A stretch of 58,772 nt of DNA, counting the filler, from Dugesia japonica (taxonomy: Eukaryota), in NCBI GenBank assembly GCA_001938525.1. It is 5 parts of 5 records of this genome, joined end to end, with 100 filler letters (N's around TTAATTAATTAA, not from the genome) between each part and the next. Parts side by side here need not be neighbours in the genome. Positions count along the whole stretch, not along the records: positions 12,929 to 31,657 come from MQRL01624647.1; 4 more parts are not named here. The stretch is one strand, 5' to 3'. Under the pieces are notes generated by a model that saw only the letters and a program-made list of their open reading frames with translations, searched no databases and was not told the DNA's origin. Both the position numbers and the translations under genes were made by a program. Positions 12,985 through 27,309 of the stretch are shown here, piece by piece (the stretch's first letter is position 1; each line of letters starts with the position of its first letter).

Positions 12985-13339
12985 CATTAAATCTACTTAC
13001 AACGAGATAAAGTGAGCAATTAACTTTATTTACATATTGTTTGGAATCTAAGTTACATATTTGCTCAATAATTCAATTTGTAAATTGAACAAAATCAACA
13101 AATATACAAATGATCTCAGAAATGAATAAACAGAAGTTATGTTTTACAAATGGTTTCCTGTTAAATATGATTAATTATATTCTCACAGAGATGAACAAAC
13201 ACAAGCTATGCAAGGTCATGTTGTGGGTAAAAATTAACAGTTTCTATGTTAGAAAATACTTTTTACAAATAACAAATCAGAAAATTAAAAAAAATTGTTT
13301 CCTGTTAAAAATGGATAAAATAAGAATCGATTTAGGTTA

Positions 13340-15760
13340 TTAAATGTGAAATTCGTAAACACGATTTCCAGTTATCTGCGGATACGTGTCCTTTCATTTC
13401 ATAACGTCCGCATCTGGGATTATCGCATCTTCGATTCTCTTGCATTATTCTGTTTATTCAGTCTATTTTCAATTATAGTTAGATCATTTTTTAGCTGAAA
13501 CTTTCAGTTTTTAATTCAATATTTACTCTTAGTAGTTTTGCTGCTGATAGGCATGTTAAATGATTGAAGACACATCTAATTTCACTAATTATTATTCGCC
13601 TTGGATTTGTTATACAATTATTACACCATTTGTTATATTTCTCCCTGGACATGTTTAATTTTTTTACTACTCCCATACATTGTGTACATGCTGATCTTTA
13701 AATATCAGTTTTTTCTCTCCACACTTGTAATGATACTCGATTAAGTTTTCTATCTACATGTACGATTTTATCTTGTATCGTTCTCAAGCTTGATAACACA
13801 TTTTTAGCAATTGACTTTTTATCAAAAGTACTATTTCTGGTCTCATCTCTTTACAAATTTTGCATAGATTAGTTTCTTTGTTTGGTTCTTGAGACACCAA
13901 AATTCCTTCTCTTGGTTTTGCGGTCAACACCATTGCACAACGTTTTGATCTGATCGGATATCTCTGTTCCTCATTAAGCTTATCTACGATCTTTTTACTC
14001 GTATACACGTCATTATTCCTTGTATGTAAAGTTTCTCTTGATCCAGTTATCTGTAATGTGGTCATATCCAATACTGCATTTTTCATTATTAATGGCATCA
14101 AATCCGTGCCGATAACACATTTTTCGCTCATTTTTAATATGGTTATTTCATGCTCTACTTTTTTACTTTGAAATTCCACTTCACATCTCAGTTTTCCAAT
14201 TATATTTAATTATCCTCCATCTGCTGCTAATACTTCCGTATTTGATGTCGTAACATGAGGCTATTTCAATCTTGGTACCAAATTGCAATTTAATACTGAT
14301 ATCGTTGCGCCAGTATCTAATAATGCTGAAACTTCTCGTCCATCTACTATGATATTGATCAATCCTCTTGATCCTACTTCTGCTCTATTGTAGTATATAT
14401 ACTCTCTTTTGACTACTCTCTCTGATTTACTCATTATCGGACTATCTCTTTGTAGTTTCTCCATTTTCTCCGTTTTAATTTCAAATGGTTTTGATTTACT
14501 TTTTCCTATGCACAAATACTTTTTATGTCCACTTTTTTGACCTAAATGACATTTTGGTTCATTTTCACACGTTTCAGCTGTGTCCTTTTTCTCCACAATT
14601 AAGACAGTATTGTATCTTTTTGATGGTTATCTTTACCACAATGTATACATCTCGGATGCCTAAATTGAGTTTGACGTATTCTAACACCATTGAATTGATC
14701 CAAATCTATTTGTCCACTTGGGAATACTATTGGCATTATGTCTAATCCGATAATAAATTCGACCATTATATTATCCATTACTTTCATTGTATGTGTAAAT
14801 CGTCCTCGTGACGTATGTATTAAACATTTTATTTTGCCCACAGCTTTTACTGATTATTCAGTTATCAGTAATAGTTCACCTGATGATTTTTCGATTCTTG
14901 GTTTATCCGCTTTACATATTACTTGAATTTATTATTGAACTACTTGCTCCAGTATCAATCATACAATCAAACGTTTTACTATTTATTGTTATTCTTTGCA
15001 TCAATACCTTGAATCCTGTAGTTAGCACTGGCGCTAAACTACTCGTTTCACCTTTTCTGATATTTTCTTCGCTTTTTGATACAATACTAAAATTTGTTGA
15101 TCTTAATTGTGTCGTTCGATTATCTTGCTCGTCTTTTTTTAAGTAGTTGGTGGAAGTGCGGTTGTAATTCTTTATTTGGATAATACACTGTATTTAATCT
15201 TCACTGTCTCTGTCTTGGGTACCATCTTAATCTCCATGACGATTTCGTCCTTTGTGTTCTGCCCAGTCTTTCTCTTGTTCTGCCACTTCCTGTGATAATT
15301 CGTCTCCTTGATTTTTCTTGTCATAATAAGCTGCTTGCCACTGTGATACAGGCAGTAAACCCTTTGACTGATTCAAATCATTGATCAAATGCTAGTGCAG
15401 ATGCTCATTCAATCCTTTTTGGTAATTTTTCATACACTTCCTCATCGATTACTGCATTATATCCCTTTTAATAGCCATTGGACAATTGTCGTCCTTGTTG
15501 TAAATTTCTAATTTGTTCTCTAGTTTGTTGATTTTGAGTTATAATTGCTTCTCGAATCCTTGGTTGATTATTGTGTGGTCCATCGCTGTCATCAATACTG
15601 CTGTCTTGTCCTTTTCATGGTTTGAATGCATCAAATATTATCGTTTTTCTTTCTTTTCGTTTCCTCATATCCTTACATATTGCTTGAATTTGATTGATGA
15701 TTTGTTCATATGTTCCCCCAATTTGACTCATATATCTTAAAAATCTCCTCGTGTTGTGTA
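13340..15760 (-). pseudogene. Polyprotein C-terminal part: retropepsin 1 - two CCHC-like knuckles - retropepsin 2 - Cys-rich tail
   Basis: CMIDTGASSSI...IIGLD (~14990-14730), CIHCGKDNH, CHLGQKSGHKKYLC, ALLDTGATISV...AADGG..IIG...VIGTD (~14370-14100). No RT motifs seen before the reading frame ends. Confidence 0.85.
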
Positions 15761-15769
15761 AATTATTTT

Positions 15770-17390
15770 AATGACTATTTAATACTACCGACCTTGCCCA
15801 TGGTGGAAATATTCCCATTATCATTGACCAAGATATCTTTCTTTCTTTCTTATACAAATCAAAGCATGTCAATAATTGTGTCAATATCACTTTGATTATC
15901 TGTATTATAAATATTATTCCAAGTAATCCAGCTATTGCTTGTCCAAAAACTATAAATCAACCCCACATTTTGTTCATTACACTCATTGTTGCTGACTGAA
16001 AATAATCTGGTGGTAATAAAAACTCGTAGTTTGGTCTGCAATCTGCTGTAAATCCTCCTCATGTTATTTGCACAAGATTCGAAAGAATTTGCATCCTATT
16101 TACTGGAAATAACATATGTTCTCTTGCTTTGTCCAAATCGTCTTGTGGATAGATTCCACCTTCCGCTACATTTAACGGTGTAAATTTTGCTCCACCTTTG
16201 AATTGTAATCGTGAAAAGTTTCTGACTCCTGTTACTGGAAGTCTCTCCAGAAATGGTACCCATTTATTGTTATGTAGTTTAAAGTAAGGTTCAAATAAGT
16301 TTGAACAGTTTATCATGTTTAGGATGAATGATATCACTGTAGTGATTGGCTGCACAAATCTTCTTTCCGTTTGATATATGATTTACACTTCATTATAACA
16401 TTTATTATGTTCTTTTGGTGACAACGTTGCATCCACTTTTCTGCATTGATATAAACATTATCTCTCACACAATTCGTCCAAATTGTCCTTCTTCTATCGG
16501 TAGTAATGGCGATACATTATTTGGATTTGTAGTTACTGTTGCCAATTTTGTCTTTAATATTTTGTTATTTAATGTACAATAATTCCACACTAGATCATGA
16601 TATATTTGCTCTATTGAGGCTTGTGTTAGATGAAACAAATAATCTACTTTATTATTAATATAGAGATGTAACTGTGTATTTTTCGGTGTGATTCCTGCTT
16701 TAGCCTTTTCTAATCTCGTTTTCGATACCCATAAACCTTTGTAATTGGTTTCATATACTAACTCTCCACATTTCGATTTTGTTTTCTTTTGTATCAAAAG
16801 AATCATATCGTTTTTGTCAGTTGACATTAATACTACTGGTGTCTCGACCCAAAGTGTTTCGCTTGTTTTTGGCTTTATGGCTTCATCTACTTTACCTACT
16901 TTTGAAATCCTTTCCTTTTTGTCTACTTTGATAACCTTTTTCCCTTGATATTTGTCGAATGTTGTTTCCTTTAGAAATGTCATTGTAGATTCTTGGTGAT
17001 TAACATTATAGACTAAAGTTGATATCCCCGTATTATATGAAAATTCTGACGCTTTACACATAATATACATTTTCATCATTTGTATTCTTGTATAAAATAA
17101 TGCATCATATTCCTTTTATTCAACTCGATAACTTTCTACTGCTACCACATATTTAGTGACTACTTCTTTTACAGTATGAGTGCCTCGGGTACATGTTCCA
17201 TGTTCATCTGATATACTTCCTGCTGCGAAGATTCTGGTTTGAACGATCTGTCAACTTTTTGCATTAACAATTTTTCCTTCAGTTACTCGTATCTTCTCAA
17301 ATCTTTATTCGCATTGTTGTCCTGTTAGATAAATCTATCTTACTTCTGGTCCGGTTTCGATAATTGCCGTATAACTACTCGTTTCATAGT
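15770..17390 (-). pseudogene. Chuvirus-like (class III, gB-fold) envelope glycoprotein, N-terminally deleted
   Basis: AAGSISDEHGTC, KCGELVYETNYKGLWV, LYINNKVDYL...YHDLVWNYCTLN..GQFGRIV(G)EIMFIYQC..V..KCYNEV, CSNLFEPYF..KW, GGIY, and a TM segment KMWG*FIVFGQAIAGLLGIIFIIQIIKVI. The pattern matches my recollection of chuviral G and retroelement-borne G proteins. Confidence 0.8.
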
Positions 17391-20390
17391 AGTATTTAAT
17401 AATACTTGATGCATTTTCTTTTCTGTTGATGATTCTACTTGATTGCATCTCTCCATGATTTCCTGCAATACTGCTGCTAATTGTTCATCATGTGTTGGTT
17501 TTCGTCGTGTTACTCCTTTTCTCGTAATAGCTCCTCTTGGCCGCTCTCGCGCCTTTCGTTTCATTTTTGTTTCCGCATCGTTCATTATTTTCTAATTAAT
17601 CTCTTGATCTGTCATTTCCTCTTGATTATCCGTAGTTTTGATTAGCGTTCAATTTTTCGTTATTTGCTCTTCAAATTCTATTGCTGGGCATATATTTTCT
17701 CCTCCAAACTCATATTCTAATGGATTCGGTTTCTCTCATTTTGCTCGAATTCTATCAATGAAGGTCATTTTTTTATAAATAAAGGTGACTTTTGTCTTGT
17801 TAACTCTGGTATTCTTGGTGACACAAGTAATTTGTCTTCTATATCATAGCCTACTTATCTAGGATTAAATTTACTTTTTACTGTTCTCTCCTGTTTCACT
17901 GGCATTTGCCTCATTGTTGCTGGATCAATTCAAGTTATCTGTAACTCCTCTTCATCATCGTCACTTGGTTATCTGAATAATTGTTCGATAACATCATCCT
18001 CTTCTGTAGTAATTTCTCTTGACGATACATATTCTTTAGATTTTACTGATTTACTCTTCTTTGACTTTGATTACGTATTACTTATACCCTCTTCACTATC
18101 AATTACGATTGTTTTTGTATACTTTGTGATCTGCGCTTGAATCTGTTTCCAGGTGGTAACGTTTTACCTTTCAATAATTTCTTTTTCATTAATCTTTTTC
18201 CTACTTCTGGTTTAATATACAATTTAACTGTCAGCGCCTATCGAACTTTCAATGTTCCAATTATGTCATCGTTCAATAATTCTCTCTCATTCAATGTCAA
18301 AATATATGGCAGCTCAAATGGTATTTTTTCCTTTATATCTCCAATTGTTTCGTAAGCAAACCCAGCTATCATGGTTTCATAACCTTTCGGATCGGTTACT
18401 CGAAAATGATATTGTCTTTTAATGATTGTTTATTCACATATTTTAGTATATGTTTTATCAATTTTTTCCATTTTTTCATCATTTTCACTTCAAATTCTTT
18501 ACTCGATTTATCTGGACAGTGTGCTATAACTTTTACTACTTGATTCGGCGTTTGTAATGCCTGTAAATAAACTATTGCTCTCACTGCTTCATTAAAATGT
18601 TCTGCAAATATAAACCCTAGTTGATTCATTCGTCCCATTACCTCTTTCATCTCTCCACTTTTATTATAATGAAAGTTATTCAAAATTACTACTTCTATTT
18701 TTGCTAAATTCCACTTTAACGTTTACCAGGGTTCTATTTCGTTTCCTGCCGTCGCCGTTAACTCAATTTGATCATCATGTACTAACTTTAAATACTCGGA
18801 TTGGTCTATTTCTTCTTGATACACTTTTCTGAGTAATAATTATAAACTGAGTGATAATTTCTCAAATTCTATTGGTTGTTCATCGTCGTATTCTAATGTT
18901 AATTCTATAATCTCTACAGGTCTATAAACTGAAGTCAATTAAATGTATTCCTCGGTTAATCAATTTGTCTCGTTCAATTATCATATAATCACATAATATT
19001 CTATATCGCTCTAATCCATATTCTAACGGTAATTCACTAAGAATATCTTTTAATTTACCAATCATTGTCGTCTCAAATCTTTTAATCGCTTTTATTTGCA
19101 TTGTTGTTACTAAATCATCATATATCGTCGGATAATTAATTTTAACTCCATAATTTGCTCCAACTGATCCTTTTAATATTCCTTCTTTATACATTTTGAT
19201 TAATTGTGGACGAGCATTCCACTTTGTTCTCCTCATCATATGTATATAATGTTCATCCCACGCCAAATTCATCATTTTCTAATATGACTGCTTTGGAATT
19301 TTGTCCTTTCAAAATAAGGTTTCTTTAATGTAATGCTCTATCGTTGCCATATTTTTATAATCTTCCTTGTCTGAATCGTCGCCTGCTGCTACCGGTATCT
19401 CGCTTAATTCACTTATGCTAATATTGTTTAGACTCGCTGTTTGTTTTGGGATCTTTATACTCGAAACTCTCGGTACATAACCTGCCGTATCTTTAACAGG
19501 TTTAGATGGTATCACAGAATAATTCTCGAAATACTCTACTTTTTCACTTTCTAACAATTCACCTTCGTATTCTTGTATTTGGGGCTTCCATTGTCATTTT
19601 GTTTCAGCATCTACATAGCCAGGTTCAAGTGATTCTCGGAAATGATTTATCGTCTTCCAATATTGTCGTCTATTCAATTAGTCTTTCAATCCCTTTGTTA
19701 ATGCGATCACTTCCTCGATAGTATTTGTGGTGGTCGTTCCATATTTTATGGGTGGTCTTTTTACCTTTAGTAGGACTTCTATTGTCTAAATTTCCTCTTT
19801 GATTGTATTATTGGCTTCCTCTTCAGTCTCAGATATCCCTTTAGCTGTCATCATATTTACTTATGCGATTAATCTTGGATTGCTTTGTGGAACTTTGATT
19901 GCTAATCTTGTCATCATCTAATTGATTTCTCTTTCAATGTCGCCCTTTTTGGGCGACATATATAGCTGATCTGTTTGATGATAGTTTTGATGGTTCAAAA
20001 TTGAATTCTTTTACGGGTTGTCCATCTCGTGTAGCAGTTGTTAATGATTTTCGTACTTCAGTTGTATATCAGTAGAATTTTTGTTCGAAGAATTTCATTA
20101 TTTCCTTCATAGTTCCAAATAGTAAATAATGCCACACCGGTTGCTTTGTTTTATAAATTTCCGTTAAATATAAGACTTGTAATATCTGTTTACGTCCAGG
20201 TCGAATTCCATAATTCGTTATATGCACATCAGTATCATCTTGTTTGATTACTCTCGTCTTGAAACATAGCACATAACCATACAGCGGTATTTCCAGCACA
20301 TTTTTTTCTCTTAATAGCGCACAATAGTCCTCCCACCGTATCGTTTTGCAAAGTGATCTGACACGGCACTATTTCTCCTGTTGGTTCTCT
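17390..20390 (-). pseudogene. Long (~1000 codon) degenerate ORF of unknown function upstream of the glycoprotein
   Basis: Track ORFs 20069, 19309, 18922, 18396 and 17340 appear to be pieces of one co-oriented frame broken by stops and frameshifts. Composition is coding-like. Confidence 0.55.
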
Positions 20391-21904
20391 AAATTTGATA
20401 TTTTATTTCGATCGAAGCTTTTTCTTTATTTTAATACAAAGGTTAAATCTAACAATACAACATCCCCCTAACCATCCATAAAAATTGGATTTTAAAGCTC
20501 AGCAATCAATCTACTAGCATTATTATACGGATAAATAAGTCGACAGCTATTACTCAATTAAAATGTACAGAAATTACTTGATTTCATTCGAATTTTTTTC
20601 TTGATTGACTATTTATGATTCCAATATCCAACTTGGTTTTTCGTAACCATGCTATTTTACATAGTATTGTTCATTCTTTACGGCTCCCTTCGATTTGATG
20701 ATTTTTCTATTCTATATATCACTGGTAGTAAAATAACTTGTATTTCTTGTTAAAAGAATTTTCCTTGCACGAAAATTGTTATCTTCATAATCTTTAATAA
20801 TATACGAATTTTGTAAAGTAAGAAACATAAAGAGAAATAATTTTATCAGATATTTAAGGATCAAAATTAAGCCAAATAATTAAAAAATTAAAACACGTGT
20901 AGATTCAATTTGGAATAAAATCTAGATTTATAAATTAAGAAATTAAAACATGGAATTTCAAATTGTCCTATTCTTAGAGATTATTTTTTCCAGATGAAAT
21001 TAAATTGTTAAACGAGAAGTTAATGATTAGAAACGCAATAAGATCTAGTTGAATATTGAGCCGCATCTAATAAATTAATTGATTTAAATGAACTCATCAA
21101 TGAGGATACGAAAAGGAATGGTGTAAAAATTTAATTCATCTTATGTCACAATTGCAGAAACTTTCAAACTGGAACTACACTATGCAAAATGCTGACAGAT
21201 CCTAATTAAATATTATTGAAAATTTCCCTTTTGCTTCGAGCTAACAATAATCTTAACTAAAATTTAATTTAAAGTTCAAATAAAATCCCACAAAAGTTAT
21301 TTTTAAAACAACAAAAATAAATTAAGGTAATAATAACTCGTTAAAATAAAATTTGTCACAAAACGATTTAACAAATCGACAATCCTTTATTATTAATAAT
21401 TATTATAATCGATCATTAAATTACTATCAATTGATCTCATAATGCATAATACCGGCGTTTTCGATTTTAATTAATAACTTTAAGAACTGTCAGGCATTTA
21501 TAAGATTTCTTTATATTTCAAGTAAATTTGGTAAGGAAAATTGAAAATTCAACATTTTATTCATGTATTTGATGAAAGAGTATAAATTTGTTTATAACAA
21601 TTGAATTATTTTTATCTAGAACTGATGAGAATAAAATTTCTCAAAATGCAAACATTTTTTACAATTATTTTTCATTCGTGCATCAGAGCCAATATCCTTA
21701 TTATTATAAATATTGACATTTATTTATATTTTTCATTATATTATTCAAAAAAATAATTTTATTTTATNNNNNNNNNNNNNNNNNNNNNNNNNNNNNNNNN
21801 NNNNNNNNNNNNNNNNNNNNNNNNNNNNNNNNNNNNNNNNNNNNNNNNNNNNNNNNNNNNNNNNNNNNNNNNNNNNNNNNNNNNNNNNNNNNNNNNNNNN
21901 NNNN

Positions 21905-22572
21905 GATGGAGTATGTTATTATGATATTGGAATAATGGGAAATAAAGCAAATAATAAAGTTTATGGAAAAATGACAAATAATTTAACATTGTTTAGAATA
22001 ATTGCTGGCAGCCGGATGAATAGTTATCATTATTATTACTTTGCGGGCAATTATTCAGATTCAATTGATATTAATAAACAATTTAATAACACGAATTACA
22101 AAAGTAAATTATTGAGTAAATGGAATGTGACAAAACCGAAGATGATAAATCTTATCATGAGAAATAATAGCGGCAATGTGGTTGTTTCAATTTTATTTCA
22201 GGTGAATGCAAATGATAATCTTTTATCTTGGTTTCAAAAATCAAATTTGTTATCAACGTTTTCTTGGAAACTGGAAATGTGTTGTCATACACTTTTATTA
22301 CGTTTAGTATTAGAGGAGAAGGATCAAGTAGTATGCGGCGTACATTCCAAGTCAAACACTATGACGGCAGAGATTGCCTTGGTGATATGGGATTAATAAC
22401 AATATTTGAAATCGTGCTTGAACAGTGCAGCTATGTTAATTCTACCGTGGTTCCGACAATTACATTTACAATAAACGGTGATAATTTGGGATATTGGTAT
22501 CAATCGGTACATTATATGTATTCAATGGAATTGATTGGTATTTATGAAGTGAATATCGACATTTATGGTTGA
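21905..22572 (+). CDS. Probable host extracellular protein with an uncharacterised lophotrochozoan-type domain; one frameshift near 22265
   Basis: LFRIIAGS...YKSKLLSKW...SWFQKSNLLSTFSW / FSIRG...RRTF...DCLGDMG...C...P. The 5' part is hidden by an N gap. Confidence 0.55.
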
Positions 22573-22828
22573 AAATAAAATAAGAAAAGTAAATTTTATA
22601 TTTCGATATAATGAATATAATATCTTCTAGTTGACTGGAAAATTAATTTATTTAGACTTTTTAAACTTTTTTGAAAATTATTGAAATTTATTTTAATTAA
22701 TTTATTTAATATAATTACTTAAATTTCTAATTAAATAAACATTCTAATGAAACAAACATTAACCTTTGTGCAAAATAAATATGGTAAATTTATTTTTAAA
22801 TATCTCCGCTCACGCCTCTTTTTACAGT

Positions 22829-23520
22829 GGACATATTTTACCATGAAGTAGTAATACTACCATCAGACAGAAAATTAGAACAATCAATGGTGAAAGAATA
22901 AGAGCTGAAAGACTATCTTCAAATGCAGAAATGAGACTAATTTCCTTCAGGTTGATACAAATAAATTTCTAAATAATGGTTATCCAAATAGAATTGTATA
23001 TAAATATCTATCCTCAAATACAGAATTTAATAAAATCAAACAAAAGACAAATACAGTAATTAAATTACCTTTTATTTATGAGAAATGTAGCTAAATCATA
23101 CAAAATATAATAAAAAATCACATCTCAAACCCAATCCAAGAATTATATTCAAAATGCAAGCACCTTTGGGCATCCAATTACAGAAACCAAAACAGAATTT
23201 TATGTCCCAAATGCATTTGTGATGGTAGAAAAATATGCAATAAGAAAATATCACTTACAAAATAACATGCGCCTTATGTAAGGATACATATATAGGAGAA
23301 TCATTCAAAACCATCCGTACAAGAATTAAAGAACATCTCAAACAGAAAGAAAATGAAGTCTTCAAATACTTTAAACAAAAACATAATGTGTTACCAGAAA
23401 ATCATCATATTACATGGAAAACATTAGGAACAGGCTACATTTCTACACTACATAGAAAAAACATGAACAAATTTTAATTAAAGAGGATAAAAATGAGATT
23501 AACGTGATTTACAATAATTA
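22829..23520 (+). mobile_element. Penelope-like retroelement 3' fragment (RT thumb, linker, GIY-YIG)
   Basis: HILP*SSNT, NGYP, KLPFI, CPKCICDG, IRTRIKEHL. Homologous to 42150-42910 and 34945-35830. Confidence 0.85.
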
Positions 23521-23857
23521 CAATAATTAGAATTTTTTTCAATAATTAAAATAATTTAAATTTTAAAAAAATTAGTAAAAAATTAGAGTTTTAATATTGT
23601 TATATTTTAATGTTAATAAAATTTTAATATTTTAATACTTTAATGTATTTATATTTTTAAAAAACATTTGAGAGATTTTCAGTTCAATTTAAATTAGTCA
23701 AATTATCTCTAAAATTAATCTAAAAAAGAAATTTATCTCAAGGATAATATATTTCATTAAATGAATTTCAAAAAAAGTAATAAGTTCTGCTAAAATAATA
23801 ACAAATATTCCCAATTAAATTGAAGTTTTCAATTACAATTTTCCATTTAAATGAGCA

Positions 23858-24402
23858 TTATAAAAACTTATTATTTGATGGAATATATGGAGATGTTGTT
23901 CTTGGTTTTGAGATAATTTTATCTGGCTCAAATACAGGATTAGNGNAGAATCCAGAAGATTCAGGAAGTTTCTTTGGAGAATACATTTTGTTTGATGAAT
24001 AATTATTCAATTGTTGTAGAGTTGAGTTGGTTTTTGGATAATTATTAACTCTCAAATTTGTATTGTCATTCATTTTTCGTTGATTGGCATTTTTATAATT
24101 TATTTGATTGTTATTATTAGTTTTTATTTTTTCTGCACAAAAACCATTTTAGAGGATAATAAATGAGAATTCTTTTGAATATTTTGAAAACTTTCATGTT
24201 TTAATTGTTCTTTATCAAGAATCAAAGATTTCTCTTTCAATATTCGAGCATTCTTTCTGCGTTTTTTCATTCGTTTCAAACATTTGAAAATATTAACCAA
24301 AATCGCTGGAATTAAGAAACTGCTACCAACAATGAAAATAAAAATACCAGCTGTATATTTATTATTATCATCCTTGTCCCCAGAGACATTCACAATGAAC
24401 AT
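23858..24402 (-). CDS. Possible single-pass membrane protein fragment
   Basis: Hydrophobic stretch AGIFIFIVGSSFLIPAILVNIF followed by a basic KRMKKRRK and a polar tail in another frame. Confidence 0.3.
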
Positions 24403-26690
24403 AAGTCAAATAATATTGGATCACCACCACAAAATAACATTGTTAAAAATATCCAATTATAATACACTAATTGAAATTATTTTCAAATAAAAAAAACTTC
24501 GATAAAAATCGAGGAAATTGAAACAGCATACATTTAATTTATTGATTGATACTAATTATACAAATAATTTGAAATCGAAACAATTATTATTGATTGAAAT
24601 ACGAACAAAATATTTCAACCAATCAGCATTCAACAAAACTATATGAAATGTAACATTTCATTAACGTTGATTTCATTTGAGATTTATTTTTCTATTTATT
24701 GTAACAAATCACACCTATAAAATTATTTTGTGGAAAATTAAGTAAACATAATTTTATCAATGATAACCGATTTTCCTTTAGTTTAAATTTAAAATTGCAA
24801 AATATAAAAGAAATTTTATATTCTAATTAATTATTTAAAAATTTTTCTGTATATTAGATATCCAGTTGACAGTGCCTTTATGAGGGTATGAAGCGCCTTA
24901 TATAAGTGAATAATTGGCGTCTTCCGGTAACCCAATAATGACAAACATTTTAATGTAACAAGTTAAATTTTGCTAAATGTAATATTTGCTAAATGAGTTG
25001 CCTCTATATATAATAATGTATTTGTTTGAATAAATTATCTATAACATAAATAAGAACAAATTGTTATTAGTATAAAATGTCGGAAAAATGAAAGAAATTC
25101 GAAATGCGGGTAAATGTTAAAATAATATAATTAAAACAGAATATTTTTTAAAGTAATTTTTTTGATTTTTCATTTGCAAACACATGTATTATATAATCAT
25201 TGTATGAATCATTCATAGATTTAAATATCTGAGGGATTTAATTATTATACATATAATATTAAAATTTATTTTTGAAACATGTTCAATAAAATATTTCATT
25301 AAATTAAAATCGATATTTTTAAAATATTTTTTTGAAGAATTTTTCTGACTATTTGTTTGAATACAATGAACTATTCTTAATCTTTCTTTTTTACTTTAAT
25401 CATAAACACTTGTAATAATAAATAAACATTTATGTAGAGTTTTGAGGTTTTGAATCTAACTAATAGTATTAAATTTAATGTTTTGGCAACATGTTTTTCA
25501 ATTGATATTATAGACATTATTGTTAATCATTCTTGTCCAAAAGAAGAACGAAGGTATGATTTTACAAATTTTAATTTGCTAAATGAACATTCGCATGAAG
25601 GTGTTGTTGTTAAATATGATGTTATTTTAATGCATATCGTTTATTTTTATAATATAATTTCGATATAAATTTTTTATTTTTTGATTTTTAACATAAGATT
25701 AAATTTGTTACCATATAAATTATAACAATCATAATTGGTGAAAATAGTTGATAATAATTATATTAATAATAATATTACTGAGGAAATGTATGATTCTTGG
25801 ATGTTTTAAGTGCTTTTATTTTATTATGAGTGTGCAATTTATTAAATCTTATTTGTTATTTTATAAATTTTAGACACTTTTGTTTGAATAATATATACGA
25901 CAGACGTTTAAAAACTGAGTGAAATTTGGAATTATTTTTTTAGTAAATTTAAGCAATACATAAGTTTTGTAGTTTTATATTAATTAATAATTGTGTAACG
26001 AATAATATTTTTTACAATTATTTTCTTGGTTAATTACTTGCAACATTTCAATATAATACTGTGTATTATTATTTTAATTTTTTAAATAGAATTTTAATTC
26101 ATTTATTTGTTGTAAGCCGATTGTTTTAGGAAAAAAATGTTATCTTTAGAAGAAAGTGTTCTTAATGTAGGGTATGTCGGCCCAACTCTTAATAATTACT
26201 AACAATAATAATAATTTCAATACAAATTAAGAAATCAACAGAATTATAAGACTGTATTTGCAGATTAAAAAATAATCACTAATAATGTCAATATAGTAAT
26301 ATTTATTATAATAAGATTCATATTATCAAAGTTTTATTTAATATTCCATAAGTAAATATATACTTACATACTAAGTACAAAAGTTAGTTATAAGTTTATG
26401 TAATTATCACATTATAATACCATAATAATTATTATGATAAATTAGAAAATTATTGCTTAAGTTCAAACTTTGAACTTTATTGATAATTTATTATTATTAA
26501 TATTATAATTAATTAATTTTATAACACAATTATTATAATAACTTAATTAATATTTTTAATAATATTTTTTAATTTATAACCTTTTATTTATGAAATTATA
26601 ATTTTATTATTATAATAAAAAATTATTAATAAAGTTTGTTATTTTAATATAAATATTTTTATGTTTTTATTAATATGTTTATATTAATAT

Positions 26691-27180
26691 GTGTCGTTAT
26701 TATTCCGTATTTAAAAAATTTGGAATACATTACCTTAAACATTTTTCATAAACTTTAATAAAATGTATAATAGTTATTATTTTAATAAAAAAATATTAAT
26801 GAAGTTTGTTATTTTAATAGTAATGGCTTTTTTAATACTGTAGTCTAACAGCTCTTATAAATATTAATACAATAATAATAATGATGTTAATATTATTCTA
26901 TAATAATATATATTTATTGACGAAATATGTTTACATGGAAAATGTTAAATTAAAAATAACAATCAATAAGAAGTTTTAAATACATATATTTTTAGGAATT
27001 ATTTAGTTTTTATATTTATATAATAATGTCTATTTGTATAATTAGATTATATTGTATACAATTATTTAATATTATACTTTGTTTTTTGGTGTCGTTATTA
27101 TTCCGTATTCAAAAATTTGGAATACATTACCTTAAACATTTATCATAAACTTTAATAAAATGTATAATAGTTATTATTAC
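26691..27180. repeat. Local ~90-bp direct duplication
   Basis: GTGTCGTTATTATTCCGTATT...TAATAGTTATTATT occurs at ~26691 and ~27088. Confidence 0.85.
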
Positions 27181-27309
27181 TATTATTGTAAATATTATTA
27201 ATTATTTTATTGACATTTCATAAAATATTTTATTATTACTGAAATTTTTATCTCAATTTAACCTTTATAAAGCCACAGAACACCAAAGAAGACTAAACAA
27301 ATATTAAAA

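Noticed and set aside
15100-15760. A Gag capsid gene between env and the protease
   Set aside because: No capsid or MHR-like motif was recognised. The sequence is polar and reads on from the env tail.
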